From Sphaeroforma arctica JP610 (taxonomy: Eukaryota), in assembly GCF_001186125.1 (NCBI RefSeq), contig NW_014040244.1, forward strand, positions 48,936 to 89,807: a stretch of DNA of 40,872 nucleotides, read 5' to 3'. Both the position numbers and the translations under genes were made by a program. Position 1 is the first letter of the stretch. Every line of letters starts with the position of its first letter. Below are positions 12,277 to 24,214 of the stretch, piece by piece. The notes under the pieces are model-generated. The model did no database searches, had not been told where the DNA came from, and was given only the letters and a program-made list of their open reading frames with translations.

Positions 12277-12807
12277 TTGTGGACTAAACAGTGTGATGAC
12301 GCATTTAAAGCGCTCAAACACGCAGTCCAACAAGCCCCAGTTGTACAAGGACCAGTCGATGGCGTGCCGTTTGAAATAGCAATGGACGCCTCCTACTTAG
12401 CCTTAGGAGGAGTATTATATCAGGCTATAGATGACAAACCTAGATATATACAATTCTTTAGTCGAGCAATGAATGCTTCACAGTTGAATTATCCAACTGT
12501 TAAAAACGAGCTATTAGCCATAGTGGCAGCTCTAACACACTTCCGAGATTACTTAAACGGAACAGCATTCACGCTTATGTATGATCAGAAATCTCTTCAA
12601 TATATGAAAGAGATGAACCCGGACTCGCAATTACTGAGTCGCTGGCATGATACAATATTAACGTTTCATTTTGATATAAAACATTTGCCAGGTATACATA
12701 GCCATTTACCGGATTTGTTATCACGCTTCGTACCGGACTTTAATAAATTCGTACGTGAGTTACTAGCCACTGATTGGAAATGTTACCCCAGGACTGAAGA
12801 GGACTAA
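12277..12807 (+). pseudogene. Ty3/Gypsy pol, connection and RNase H portion
   Basis: The ORF reads WTKQCDDAFKALKHAV...DASYLALGGVLYQ...LSRWHDTILTFHFDIKHLPG...LPDLLSR and stops before any integrase. Confidence 0.88.
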
Positions 12808-13289
12808 TAAAGACTGCTAGTATCGTAATCCTTCTGTAAAATAGTTACTGACACCGGAATTGCAAGCACCAAAAAAATTGGAGATCATTTTTGGGCTAAT
12901 TTTTGGGTTTTGAGAATAGGGACCGAATTTCGGGAATTTCGATAGACTTGATTATGTTGTGTTATAAAAGCATACAAAAGTAAAACAAATTGTAAAAAAT
13001 ATTAAATATTTATATTTACAATATTTAAAGTTCTCAGAACTCCGAAGACCATGCATTTCGGTTTTTATTTTTATATTTCTTTTTGAAAATAAAATCAAAA
13101 CAACAAGAAAACAAAGTTGTTTTTTTGCACAATGTAGGAGTCGGCAACTCCTAATCGATAAAATTCAGGATTCGCGGTGGAATCTGAATTTTGGAATATT
13201 TTTGGGTCTGGAACCATTCATGAAATTTCAGTGTAAAATGTCGAAAAATTGTGGCCAGAGAATTTTGATGAGTCATCATCACTTGACCC

Positions 13290-13600
13290 TTGCGAAACGA
13301 CTAAACGTAGAATTAATGAGAAATTGCGAATAGGTTAGAGCTTAAAGTTCGTAGACATTACGTAGACATTTAGGCTTAGCTGTAGACGTTTAGACCGCTA
13401 CGGGTCTGTCGGAAATTGTATAAATAGGGTTATTTAATAGCTTGCAATCCTCAGACTTTAACACTAGGGATTAAGAAAGGATAGAGGAGGATTGCCAAGA
13501 CTACTTGAATCGTAGACTTTGACTTGAGCTGAGCCAAGAATCAAATAAAGGACACTACCGAGAATTTTTGCCTAAGTCTTCTGGTAGGGTTTAGGGTTCC
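13290..13600 (+). mobile_element. Possible LTR-like fragment
   Basis: It has TATAAATAGGG at about 13419, the inverted repeat CTTGCAATCCTC...GAGGATTGCCAAG (13441-13499) and AATAAA at about 13544, in U3-R-like order. No termini or target-site duplication were identified. Confidence 0.25.
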
Positions 13601-15198
13601 TTGTGGACTAGGATTTTTGGACTCAGGGGTTTTCGGGTTTGGCCAAGGATTTGTGGAATCTTGGGATTGCCGGCCACGATCAAATTGGGATCAGGACAGG
13701 AAATTAGGGATCTCATAACAACAAGAAAACAAAAACAACAAAAAACCCCGTTTCCTATTGGGTGTTTATTAATTCTTCTTGGACATTTTTTTTGCAATTG
13801 TTTTTAAAAACAAACAACAACTACATATAAATAAGAAAAAGAAAAGCACACACCTCATTCCGTTATTTATTCGCTGATCGGTAATATATACGGAATATAT
13901 TTACGTGAAGGATACGCGTTGACCGTTCTAAATAAAAAAATAAAGATCTATGTCAGGAACTGACGTGTAGTTACATACAAAAATTAATAATTTTTTCATG
14001 GCCGAAAAAAAAATACAGATGCTTTACACTACAGTCACAGTAAAAAAACTCAACAGCACCGAGTACGGGTTTGTGTTTTGAGAACTCTGAAGTCTGAGTC
14101 TGAACTTGTTCAATTTAGAGGCCTATAGAACTCTGGTATTCAAATTTCGATAGGCTTTTAAAAATCGTCTAAATACTACTCTACTCCTAGGAGAGCCTAA
14201 ATACCGACAAAAATATTGAAATTTGAATATGTAATATCACAGAATCAGATTCACAATTCACATTCTGAAAAATATCTTTTTTAAAAAATAAATAAATATG
14301 GCTGATTAGATCTTTATAATGAAAAATGCTCTTGGAATCTTAAAAAACATTCAACAAACCAGTGATAATCAGACTATTGACATAAGTATGTACGACCAAT
14401 GTTTTGATTGGAGTTTAATTATTTTGTGTCAAAAAGGCACTTTACTTCTAAACCTGCTCTGAAAATGCAATCGTAGATTTGTTAGATTACTAGGAGCAAA
14501 AAGATAAGTGGACCAATTGTTTCAAAGTAAATTATTATACAAAAATTAAAAACCAGAATATACATTCGATTGAATATACAGCCTGGCTGTTTTAGGCGTG
14601 TGTCTGTGTGAGCCTTTGCCGAACTGCCGACTGCCGAGTCTTGACTCTCTCAACTCTCAAGTCTCAGTCTCACTCAGAGACACAGAGAAAAGTAAATAAA
14701 TACTAAAAATGGTGCGAGAGCGGAGAAACTCTCTCTATTTGTTTTTTGTTTTTTCAAAACATATATATTAAAAATAATAAAAGTACAAGCTTTTTGTAAT
14801 TTAAATATTTGCTTTGTGTGATGTTTTGTTAAAAAAACAAAAAAGAACAGAATGCAGGTCACTGGCACACTCACTGCAGGCTGCAGGAGTGCAGGACTGC
14901 AAGGCCACAGGGCCAGCACTGCAGGCAGAGGCAGCGGGTGCGAGACTGAGGCGCTGAGTCCTGAGGGGACTGTATTTAGATTTTCATAGAACTGTCGGGA
15001 GTATTAAAAAAGGACTATTAAGGCTTGTGCACTCAGTGAAGTACAGAGCAAATTATTATTGAAAAAAAAGCTATAGAACAATAGTTCTTTTGCATTTGTT
15101 TTGATTCCCACGGCTCACTAGTTCTACTATTTTTATTTTTTAGTATTAAATAATATAGGCCAGTCCAGGGCCCAAACTCTAGATTTTTAACGTCAATA

Positions 15199-15314
15199 AA
15201 GAATAAACGTTGACCTTTAACGCTGATATTGTAAACGAACTGTTGTTAGCCGAATTAGGGTAAGGGGTCAAGAATAAACGTTATCCTTTAACGCTGATAT
15301 TGTAAACGAACTGT
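15199..15314. repeat. Direct repeat of about 45 bp, two copies
   Basis: AAGAATAAACGTT(GA/AT)CCTTTAACGCTGATATTGTAAACGAACTGT starts at about 15199 and about 15270. Confidence 0.85.
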
Positions 15315-16054
15315 CGACCATTAGTGGAGGACAATTTTGCACATCAAATTCTAAAATTGTTTGCACTTTGGGTTTACACCTATTTATTTAAAAATGGACA
15401 ACATGAACCATATGCCCTATGTTGACCAATGAGATGGTAATTTGAAATGAAATACACGCGATTTTTGTCAAAGTACCACACGACGGAGAAAGTTAGAAAG
15501 TAGAGTACTGGAACTGGCGTCTGGCGGTCTCGACAGAATTCCAGACTCCAGACCAGTCACCAACTCACCACTCACCCGACTCCTCACTTCAGTGTCACAA
15601 ACCCCCCAGTCCCCACTCCCCCAGTAAACTCCTAAATATTTATGCCCTTTTTTTTGTAAAACTAAAATCTTTGTATGTATTTGTTTTAAAATAAAAAACA
15701 AACTAAAAATAGAAAATAGGAATGCTGATTTATTTAAAAAAAAAAAGGAATATTGCTCTCTCTCCGGGAGTCGGCCACGACGGGGCACAGTGTGGGGGAT
15801 TCGGATTTTGAGGCATGATTATAGGGGGCAAATATGTAGGCTATAGCCAGGCATAGCAGGGCCATAGGTGATCGGGCATTTGAAACCTTGATTTGAACTG
15901 CTGACTAGAGATCAATTCAGGACGACACATAATAATAACGTTCATGTGGTTTCAAACTTCCATCAGAACACTATATCACCATCCATCCCTTATCCATCCC
16001 TTGGAACAAAAACTGATAGCCTGGCGGACGGGCATCCACCTTTGAACCTGAGAG

Positions 16055-17773
16055 ATGCAGCCTTCGGCTAATGCTCAAAACAACGGCACAAGTCGGCGTC
16101 AAAGTATGGCAAAAACCTTGATGCACAACCGATTCGTCAAATTGGTGGCAGACAAGATGTTTAGTCCACCGAATACACCCGGCGAGGACGTGATTGTGAC
16201 TAGGCAGGGTAGAAGCGACACAATCTTGGTGAATGTTGGCGAAAACAACAAAAATTTGAAGTTTGCACTACCCGGATTGCTGAGCAACAAAAGTCTCGAA
16301 TCGCTTACTCGCGATATTGTAGGAGCAGACATTGATTGCGACAGTGAGCACTTTGAATTGACTAGTGCAGTACGTGCGAGTGGTATGAAAGATGCGCATC
16401 CGTTGTGTGCGAGTGATAACAGTGATGTTTTCACATTCGACCCCACAGCGTGTGACAAGCAAAATATTTCCCATTATGCGTGGGCGCCTCATATGGCACC
16501 CACGTATAATCAAAACAAAGTAAGGGTTAGGGAGTCAGAGCCAACTAATATTAATAGTAACAACCATACAGTTCAACGTACGAATTCTAATAATAATACT
16601 TATGCCTCGATAAGGGTACGCGAGGATTGCAATAGAGATACAGATACGTCCAACAGGAGACACTCGATGATGCTAGCTATGGCTTCAAACAAACCTACAA
16701 GTGATAATAATATGTTACCTTCATCCGACAGTATCTCGAAAAGTGCTGGGGCCATATCCCCCAAATGCATTACGCCGAAGAGTAGATTAAATACACTCCA
16801 AAAGAACTACAACACTGCTCAATCGTGCACAGGTCCAGCTACGCATGCAGGCTTGTCCGCTCGTACGGACCCAGTACCCGCACCCAGACGTACAGTGTCG
16901 CACTCTATCACGAACACTCGCAAAAACTCCACAAACGGTATGTCGCCAACAATGGCTGCCACAGCACCGCCAATACGCGCAGTAACGGAGAAACAGAACA
17001 AGAACGCAGGGAAAGCTAAAATTGTAAAGATTGTAAAAGTGAAGAATGCCGAGTATCAGGCTCCTCTAGAAGAATATAGTACCGAGACACCAGAAGGAAC
17101 TGGAGGTATTGTCGGCAAATTTTTCGAGGTTGGCGATGCGAGTATTTTAGGGTGCGAATTCCCTCCAAGTACCACGTGCGGTGGTGGTTCGGAGTCGACA
17201 ATCAGACACAGTGCCATCCGTGCACCTACGTCGTCTAGGAGGAGTACTTTGCAACACAGTTACAGTGTTGAGCCCAGACGCGCCCCTAAGGCGCTCCCGC
17301 GCCCCGACGTAACAGCCAAACGCTATACTTATTTTAACTTCGAATCTACACGTGATTCCCCCAGTGAAACAGACGTAGAATCGATAGTCACGCCTAAAGC
17401 TCCACCAAGTCTGAAACAAACTGCTACTGTATTGGAGGTTTGTGAACCTAGCAGCGGAGATATGTCGCTCCCGTCAGCAACACCTCCCAGAAAAGCAGCG
17501 CCTAGAGTTCGACATTTGAATAGTGACAGAAGTTCCAATAGTAGCGATAACGATTTGTTTCGGAGTACACGCGCGGTTGTTACGGTGCGAACATTAATGG
17601 GTTCACAGACTGGTCCAAAGTCTCACCAAAGCACAGTTTCATTGAAGACATCGTCCCAGGTACTAATGGACCCGAATCTACAGGATGCAACTTTAGGAGG
17701 TCCTAAGCCTGTAGCGGTTTTAAAACGAGCCATGAGCACGAGAAGCACGCGTTCTAACCCAGGAGCACAATAG
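16055..17773 (+). CDS. Hypothetical intronless protein, S/T/P/N-rich and probably disordered (572 aa)
   Basis: This is a 1719-bp stop-free ORF, far longer than chance in this genome. I recognise no domain in it. Confidence 0.75.
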   Translation: MQPSANAQNNGTSRRQSMAKTLMHNRFVKLVADKMFSPPNTPGEDVIVTRQGRSDTILVNVGENNKNLKFALPGLLSNKSLESLTRDIVGADIDCDSEHFELTSAVRASGMKDAHPLCASDNSDVFTFDPTACDKQNISHYAWAPHMAPTYNQNKVRVRESEPTNINSNNHTVQRTNSNNNTYASIRVREDCNRDTDTSNRRHSMMLAMASNKPTSDNNMLPSSDSISKSAGAISPKCITPKSRLNTLQKNYNTAQSCTGPATHAGLSARTDPVPAPRRTVSHSITNTRKNSTNGMSPTMAATAPPIRAVTEKQNKNAGKAKIVKIVKVKNAEYQAPLEEYSTETPEGTGGIVGKFFEVGDASILGCEFPPSTTCGGGSESTIRHSAIRAPTSSRRSTLQHSYSVEPRRAPKALPRPDVTAKRYTYFNFESTRDSPSETDVESIVTPKAPPSLKQTATVLEVCEPSSGDMSLPSATPPRKAAPRVRHLNSDRSSNSSDNDLFRSTRAVVTVRTLMGSQTGPKSHQSTVSLKTSSQVLMDPNLQDATLGGPKPVAVLKRAMSTRSTRSNPGAQ

Positions 17774-18492
17774 TAGGTCGGTGTATAACTGTCATTAGAT
17801 TAAATGATGAAAATGTCGGCGCTATACTGCATCAACTTAACATAGAGCTACCTATAATTTTATTTCAAACTTTTAGTACGTACGACATGACCAATTTCCA
17901 ACAATTTCAAGTGAAATTAAGTTTGGTCGAACGAAATGACAGAATTGCCCACGCAGTCCAAATGGTGCGGAAGGGATTCTCTTCTCAAAAAAAACATGAC
18001 GAATGAAAAGTCCCATGTTTGAGTGGTCGCTGCTAATAAGGTACATGACAGCATATTTGAATTTGATTGCGATGACTTTTGTTCGCTTGTGCAATATGAT
18101 AGAATGATGCGCTTAATAGTGTTAAGCAATTTATCGCTTTTCTCAGAGTCGTTAACACACATCTACATGTATGTATAGATTGAGCAGTGAGAAGAGAATT
18201 TACTCTGAAAGTAAACGCTTATGTAAACTGAACCCATCGTTGTCGCGCATCAGTAGAATTATACATATAATTAGCTGTATACCACAATATAGCTATTGAT
18301 GTGGTCGCTGGCTTCTTGTTATACATGCCAAAATAGTTGTCACGAGGCTATCAGTAATTGAAAACGATCTGTGGGTGTATTGTATAACAAGACAATCGGG
18401 CAAAAAAGCGGAGTGTTTCAATCAGGTCCATTTTATTCCAGAGAATTACTAAATGAGGCTTATTGCAATTCCCGTTGAATGATTTATCTGGG

Positions 18493-19044
18493 TTACCTTA
18501 TCGTGGCCTCATTCGAGATGTCAGCGTCTACGTCAACTGCAAAGGCACCGTCAGGCGCCACATTACCATCACCTGACAGAAACATTGTGGAAAGAATCGA
18601 TTACTACTTGATTGGTAGAAGTCCGCCACTACAGACTACACTTCTATACGAATATCGCAAAGTATACATATCAAAATGTACACATCGATTTGGAGGCTGA
18701 ATCGCCCAGTCTAGATACAAGAAAACAACACTCGTTAATTTGTACGTAAATACGTATACAGGAGCACGAATAAGTGGGCCTTGTCATATACATAGAAATA
18801 CACACCTTTACACACACAATCATATAAATATGAATTCATGTATATATATACATATATACATTATATATACGAATATCGCAAAATACATATCAAAATGTAC
18901 TATCGATTTAGAGGCTGAATCGCCCAGTCTAGATACAAGAACACAACACTCGTTAATTTGTACGTAAAAACGTACATACAGAAATATGTATATATATATA
19001 CATATACATAAACATATACATTATATATAAATATATTGTTTATG

Positions 19045-19075
<31 letters not shown>

Positions 19076-22023
19076 NNNNNNNNNNNNNNNNNNNNTGTAT
19101 TCAGCTTCTGTTCGTATAAGAGCTACAAAAATATGCCTATATCCATACAGTTTTAAGCATATAATTAACGTTGTTGGCACGGATAAGGCAAGTGTTACAA
19201 AAGTTAGAGCTGTTAGACAGATCATAAAACATATGGCAGACATGTCATAACATATATGCTTGAGATTCTACCCTACATCGTATGCCCACGAAATGAAAAA
19301 TGCGAGAGACACACGTTGACTGCTATTTGAGACACAAATTGAAGCACTATACTAACGTGAACAATTCGTGATTATTAAATCTTATGTATGCACTAATATG
19401 TACAGGTGGATCAAACCGTTGCAAGCATACCAACTACACGCAGACCGTCATTGTGCTCGTTGGTTCCGGATTCGGTGTCTGTGCCCCATTCCTCTCCGGA
19501 GGCTATCGCATCATCCTCGAGCGCATCCTCATCTTCGTCCACAAACTGAGCGTATTTTCGTTGCAGTTTCTGTAGCAGCCGATTAATGTGCGTAGTAAGT
19601 TAGAAATTAGAAGGTCAAGGATTTTCATGCGCAGCATGGTTGTGAGATAGAACTGGAATGTATATATGTGCAAAGTATGGGTTGTATGGGTTGTGCAGAG
19701 CCACCAAAACTGAGCTCATTTTGATGGATATCTGATGATGGACCACATTATGTCTAATATGTTTAGGCTGGTCGTGCTGACCAGTCCACAATATACAGCG
19801 CACGTCAAATAGGGCAGACTTGAGGGAAGTATGGAACTGAGTAACTGAGTTGTACGTCAATTATCTGTACCTTTCTGATTAAAGCATTTCTTATCGATGA
19901 CAAGAGGGATAGAGCGCACGACGGAGAATAAACTAGGATTTAAGCTTGCTACAGTTAGCAATGCCGCGCAACATCGCCTTTGCAAGACACGCAAAAAGCT
20001 CGGTATTAGTGAGCGAGCGAAACATCCAATCCCTTTCCAAAGATACAGAGAAACCAGTTGCAGCCTTGATCTCCAACGAGGCTCCGGATATAAGCACACA
20101 ATAAAAATACAGTTTTGTCACATTCACATTTGATATGCAGAGAACACGAGCACCATAGATAAAAGCCATTTCCCATATGACTACGCTGTCAACATGCCAA
20201 ATCATTACAATTAATGACCAATCAACAATCTTGTGACCCCAAGTGTTTTCACTTTAGTATTTTAAAATTGGAAATTGGCACAACACTAAAAAAAAATGTT
20301 CGACTTTGGATGATAAATTGGTGTTTGTACGTACCGGGAGGGTGTGCCAGAAGATGGGATAGCTGATAGCGAATACTATGGCGGATATGGGGATTAAAAG
20401 CAAGAGCCAACCGAACACGGCGCATCCGAAATAACCAGCAAATTTGCCTAGAGTCGCGAAGAAATCCTGTGCGCATCAGAAACAGTGAGTATAAGTGAGG
20501 CTGCTAATAGCCGTAACATACGCAATTGATGTGTACATCCATGTGTATGGATACATACATGAAGCTTAAATTTTTTCACAATGCACGCGTGTATGCATGA
20601 GAACGTGCTCATTTGGCGTATTTAGTCAAAATTACGAACAACTATCAAATGTTGTCGGAGCAGACAAAGACACATGGAGTCGTAAGAAGTGTACTAAACT
20701 ACACTCTAGTATATACATATTGAATGGCACAAAGTTGCGGGTAATTCACCACTGGCGATATGACATACTAGGGCTGTTAAATTTTATAATGGATGCACAG
20801 ACGCTGTGAAACTATGTGTAAATACTCAATACTCAATACAGGAATGGGAAGTAAGTAAGTGTAAAATTGCGGCCAGCCCAGTCTATCTGGGACGCATAGG
20901 AATAGAATTGATGTGACCCTGAACAACATCAACACAATAAACAGTCTCCCCATATCCAGTGAGTACTTGTCATCCCTACTGGGAGGAGGGACTGGTCGTG
21001 CATTCGCACACCAGCACGGTGACATACGAGTCACTGCAAACGTTTCCGGAGCATGGCAGAGCATTAAGGCTTCACACAGTATCACTCACTAAATATGCAC
21101 ATAGCGAACATTGTGTGATGTTCTCATGGGAACACAGGGGTGTAAGTATGACTTCTCTTACCTATCGTTGCCTGCTGCGCAATATAAACCGCCCGCTTTG
21201 TGAACCTAAACATAATAGTTGCTATCGCAATTGGATAACCACTCTGATAAAACAAAACAAAACTAAACAAGTACATGTTAAAATGTTCATTCAAACGCCA
21301 TATATTCCTTAACAACTTAACTTTCATCGTAATATGTAACATTTACACGGCCATCAGTATCTCAGTAACTCGCGCGGCATTTGTTACTACAGAGCACCAA
21401 TTAAGGCCACGGCAGGCGCACAGGACCAGACAGTAGCTTAGACCCCACCGCGCGCCCATACAGAGATACTAAAAGCCAAGTATGTTACAAACAAGAAGAC
21501 AGCATTACTCAAGCATAACCCACCTCTTTGAGTTGGTCGACAATCTCGCTGATATTTATATCAAGCGGTGTTTGCCGTAATACGAAGTAGCCAAACTTCG
21601 CAAACAACGGGATGCAAATAATCTCCACCGCGGTCAGCAGCAGATTGATGACTTGTATTATAATTTTATTCAGCCCGAACATGAAGGACGCTAATAAGCA
21701 GGCCAGTGCGGTGGCTCCTGGGATTGGGAACTGTGCGAGCGATGTGGATAGTTACAGTAGACGAAGGAGGGTGCTGCTTATTGTTCCTAGTGGCACAAAT
21801 ATAATTTCTAGTGTCTCCATTGGTTCAATAATTCAACTTTAAACGTGAGTGTATTCAGATGCATATCAATACATTGATAAACGCTAAACTATCTACAAAA
21901 CAGCGAGGACCATGAAAAATGACTGTCTATCTTTTGTAGATGGCCGGAAACAAAGTCCGATGCACATTCACATCAAACTCGACAAAAACTAGCATATACA
22001 TAAATAGAAGTATATATACATAC

Positions 22024-22098
<75 letters not shown>

Positions 22099-22341
22099 CA
22101 ATATATATATCCAAATATATATACATAAACATTAATGATATTTATACGTACATACGTACATACGTAAATACATATATACATACATACATACATATATATG
22201 TTTATATANNNNNNNNNNNNNNNNNNNNATCTATTTAAATATATGGATTTATATATAAATGTACATTTAAATACATGCATATATACATATATTCAAACAT
22301 TTAAATACACATACACATATATACCATATAATATATATATA

Positions 22342-22400
<59 letters not shown>

Positions 22401-22788
22401 GCCATGTTAGCATATGAATACTTGTAATGACTTTTTATACCTACAGACTATCCCATTTCAATGCAGGTATGTGATACATGTGTATACCTAATAGAAAAAG
22501 CATAGAACTGCTGGGGCGTATTGCAGGTGTTCTAACATTTCACATACTCGACATTTACTCACTATATTGACATGATTGACCTACCAAGCCACAGCTTATA
22601 CCAAAGGCAACCGATAGTGCCAACTTCTTTGGCGTGATGCCATCTTGTATAACATTTTTAACATCGTCTACCATTTTTGCACAGCAATTTTTTGGCGGCT
22701 GTGAATCTCGGAAGGCGTTGTCCTCACCCCCTTGGAACTCGACTTCTTCCGGAAAGTCATCATCTTCTACGAGATGCTTATCTGACAT
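18493..22788 (-). CDS. DUF2062-family membrane protein with an acidic C-terminal tail (about 253 aa)
   Basis: The exons are 22788-22585, 21730-21524, 20466-20335, 19569-19431 and 18572-18493; they are GT/AG bounded, in phase and total 762 nt. The translation GITPKKLALSVAFGISCGLFPIPGATALACLLASFMFGLNKIIIQVINLL...FGCAVFGWLLLLIP resembles DUF2062. Confidence 0.85.
18646..18980. repeat. Direct repeat of about 110 bp, two copies, in the last DUF2062 intron
   Basis: TACGAATATCGCAAA...GAGGCTGAATCGCCCAGTCTAGATACAAGAA..CAACACTCGTTAATTTGTACGTAAA starts at about 18646 and about 18868. Confidence 0.9.
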
Positions 22789-24214
22789 ATTAGCAGATAT
22801 ATGGACTGTGCGTTATACTATTGTAATGAGTTTTTACTATATTGATACGTGTACTTGCTTTATCAGGAGTGAAATACTACCTGGGTACTGCGTGTGTTTC
22901 AATGGAATTGTATAGTAGATAGCATGTTTGTATGTCTTTTATGTGGAAGTAATTTGGTAAGCATGGAATTGTAGTAAATAATAATATGTAGCGACCTTGG
23001 AGGATTAAATAGATTTTATTTTTATAATATAGCAGCCCTCATGTTTATACTAACGTATACACACGACACCTACTAAAGAGAGAGAGAGATTTGAAGTACT
23101 GCAGTTGCTACACCCCCATCATTACTACAGTAACTTTACGTATCATCGTATGACTATGTACTCCGTGGCATTTCTGATTTCTCGATACCCCGTTCCCCCA
23201 GAGGGGGCAGGGGCCCAGAGAGGAAAGATGAGAAACCGTCTAAATATTGGCTTTAAGCACTCAACAGTGCGCATTCATTAGCTAACAGCGTACTCCCACG
23301 GGATCAAAAGGTGCTTGGCTATTGGATGATTTGTTATACATATTTTAAAAACATTTCCCCCCGTTTTTGTTTTTACGCGAGAGTCTGATCACTCGGACGG
23401 TCTGGCCCTGTAGGCTGTCGGCCCAGTGTCGGGCCTGTCTGTGACAGTGAGTCATTCTGAGCCTGTGGCATACAGTGTGGGACTGTGGGCCTTTCGATTA
23501 TATAAATATATATTTTTTATTTTGAAAATAAATAAATCATTTTTTTCTTTAAACTTTCACTGCCTTCTCTCTTGGGCTTTCAGCCTTTCTGAGAGTTGTC
23601 TTCAACTATTTTTATTTAAATAAATAAAAAGGCATAGCCTTCTATATTAGTCAAAAAGGGCTCAGGCCCCAGCCTCGGCCCCCAGGGCCAGTGGCCCCCC
23701 AGTGACAAACTCACTCCCTGGGCTCGTCGCTCGGGCCCTCAGTGGTACACCCCACCAAAAATTGGTTTGTTTTTAGGAGGCTATGCCAAAAACGGACGCA
23801 CAAAACGTGTCAAATTGTAAAGATGTCAAGTTGCCAAGGCCCAAGAGGCAGGGTGTCAATTGTCATTTGTCAACAACGTCAACAACTCTAAAAAAAAGGG
23901 ATAGTATGGTCGTTTGGATAGCCCGTTCCTGTACATCAGTACAGTACAGTGTCAGTGAGCACATATTCCTGCCACATATAGTAGTTTACGACGTGGAACT
24001 GAAGCCTACTGTAAGGTGCAAACACTAAACTGTACCTCTGAATGGAAGAAAAGAAAGAAGCTAAATGTATCAAAAGATATTACAACTACAAATAGGTCTC
24101 AACTCTCAAGTGTGACAATGAGAGCTGCAAGTTGCATTATAAAAAGGTAGAGCAACTTCATACAAGCTGCTAGTGAGCGAAAAATATTGATCAGTCGTCT
24201 CGGGGGAAACTACC
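22789..24214. promoter_or_regulatory. Divergent intergenic region (probable bidirectional promoter)
   Basis: It lies between head-to-head start codons at 22788 (-) and 24215 (+). It has an AT-rich core at about 23495-23630 flanked by GC-rich arms. Confidence 0.5.

Larger units (their letters stand above)
10021..12830 (+). mobile_element. Decayed Ty3/Gypsy LTR retrotransposon internal region (gag-like, protease, RT, RNase H; integrase absent)
   Basis: The protease motif ILALIDPGSEISCI has its Asp codon at 11133. RT motifs are VRVCLDMSPINK, FPLPRINELL, FTTIDLTQGFHQ, APFGL and IDDIFI. RNase H motifs are MDASYLALGGVLYQ, FFSRAM..NYPTVKNELLAIV and HLPDLLSR. The region has multiple stops and frameshifts and an N gap at 11976-11995. 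Confidence 0.9.

Noticed and set aside
13583..13600. Telomere-like TAGGGTTTAGGG (also near 135 and 5211)
   Set aside because: Only one or two units are present, which is compatible with chance.
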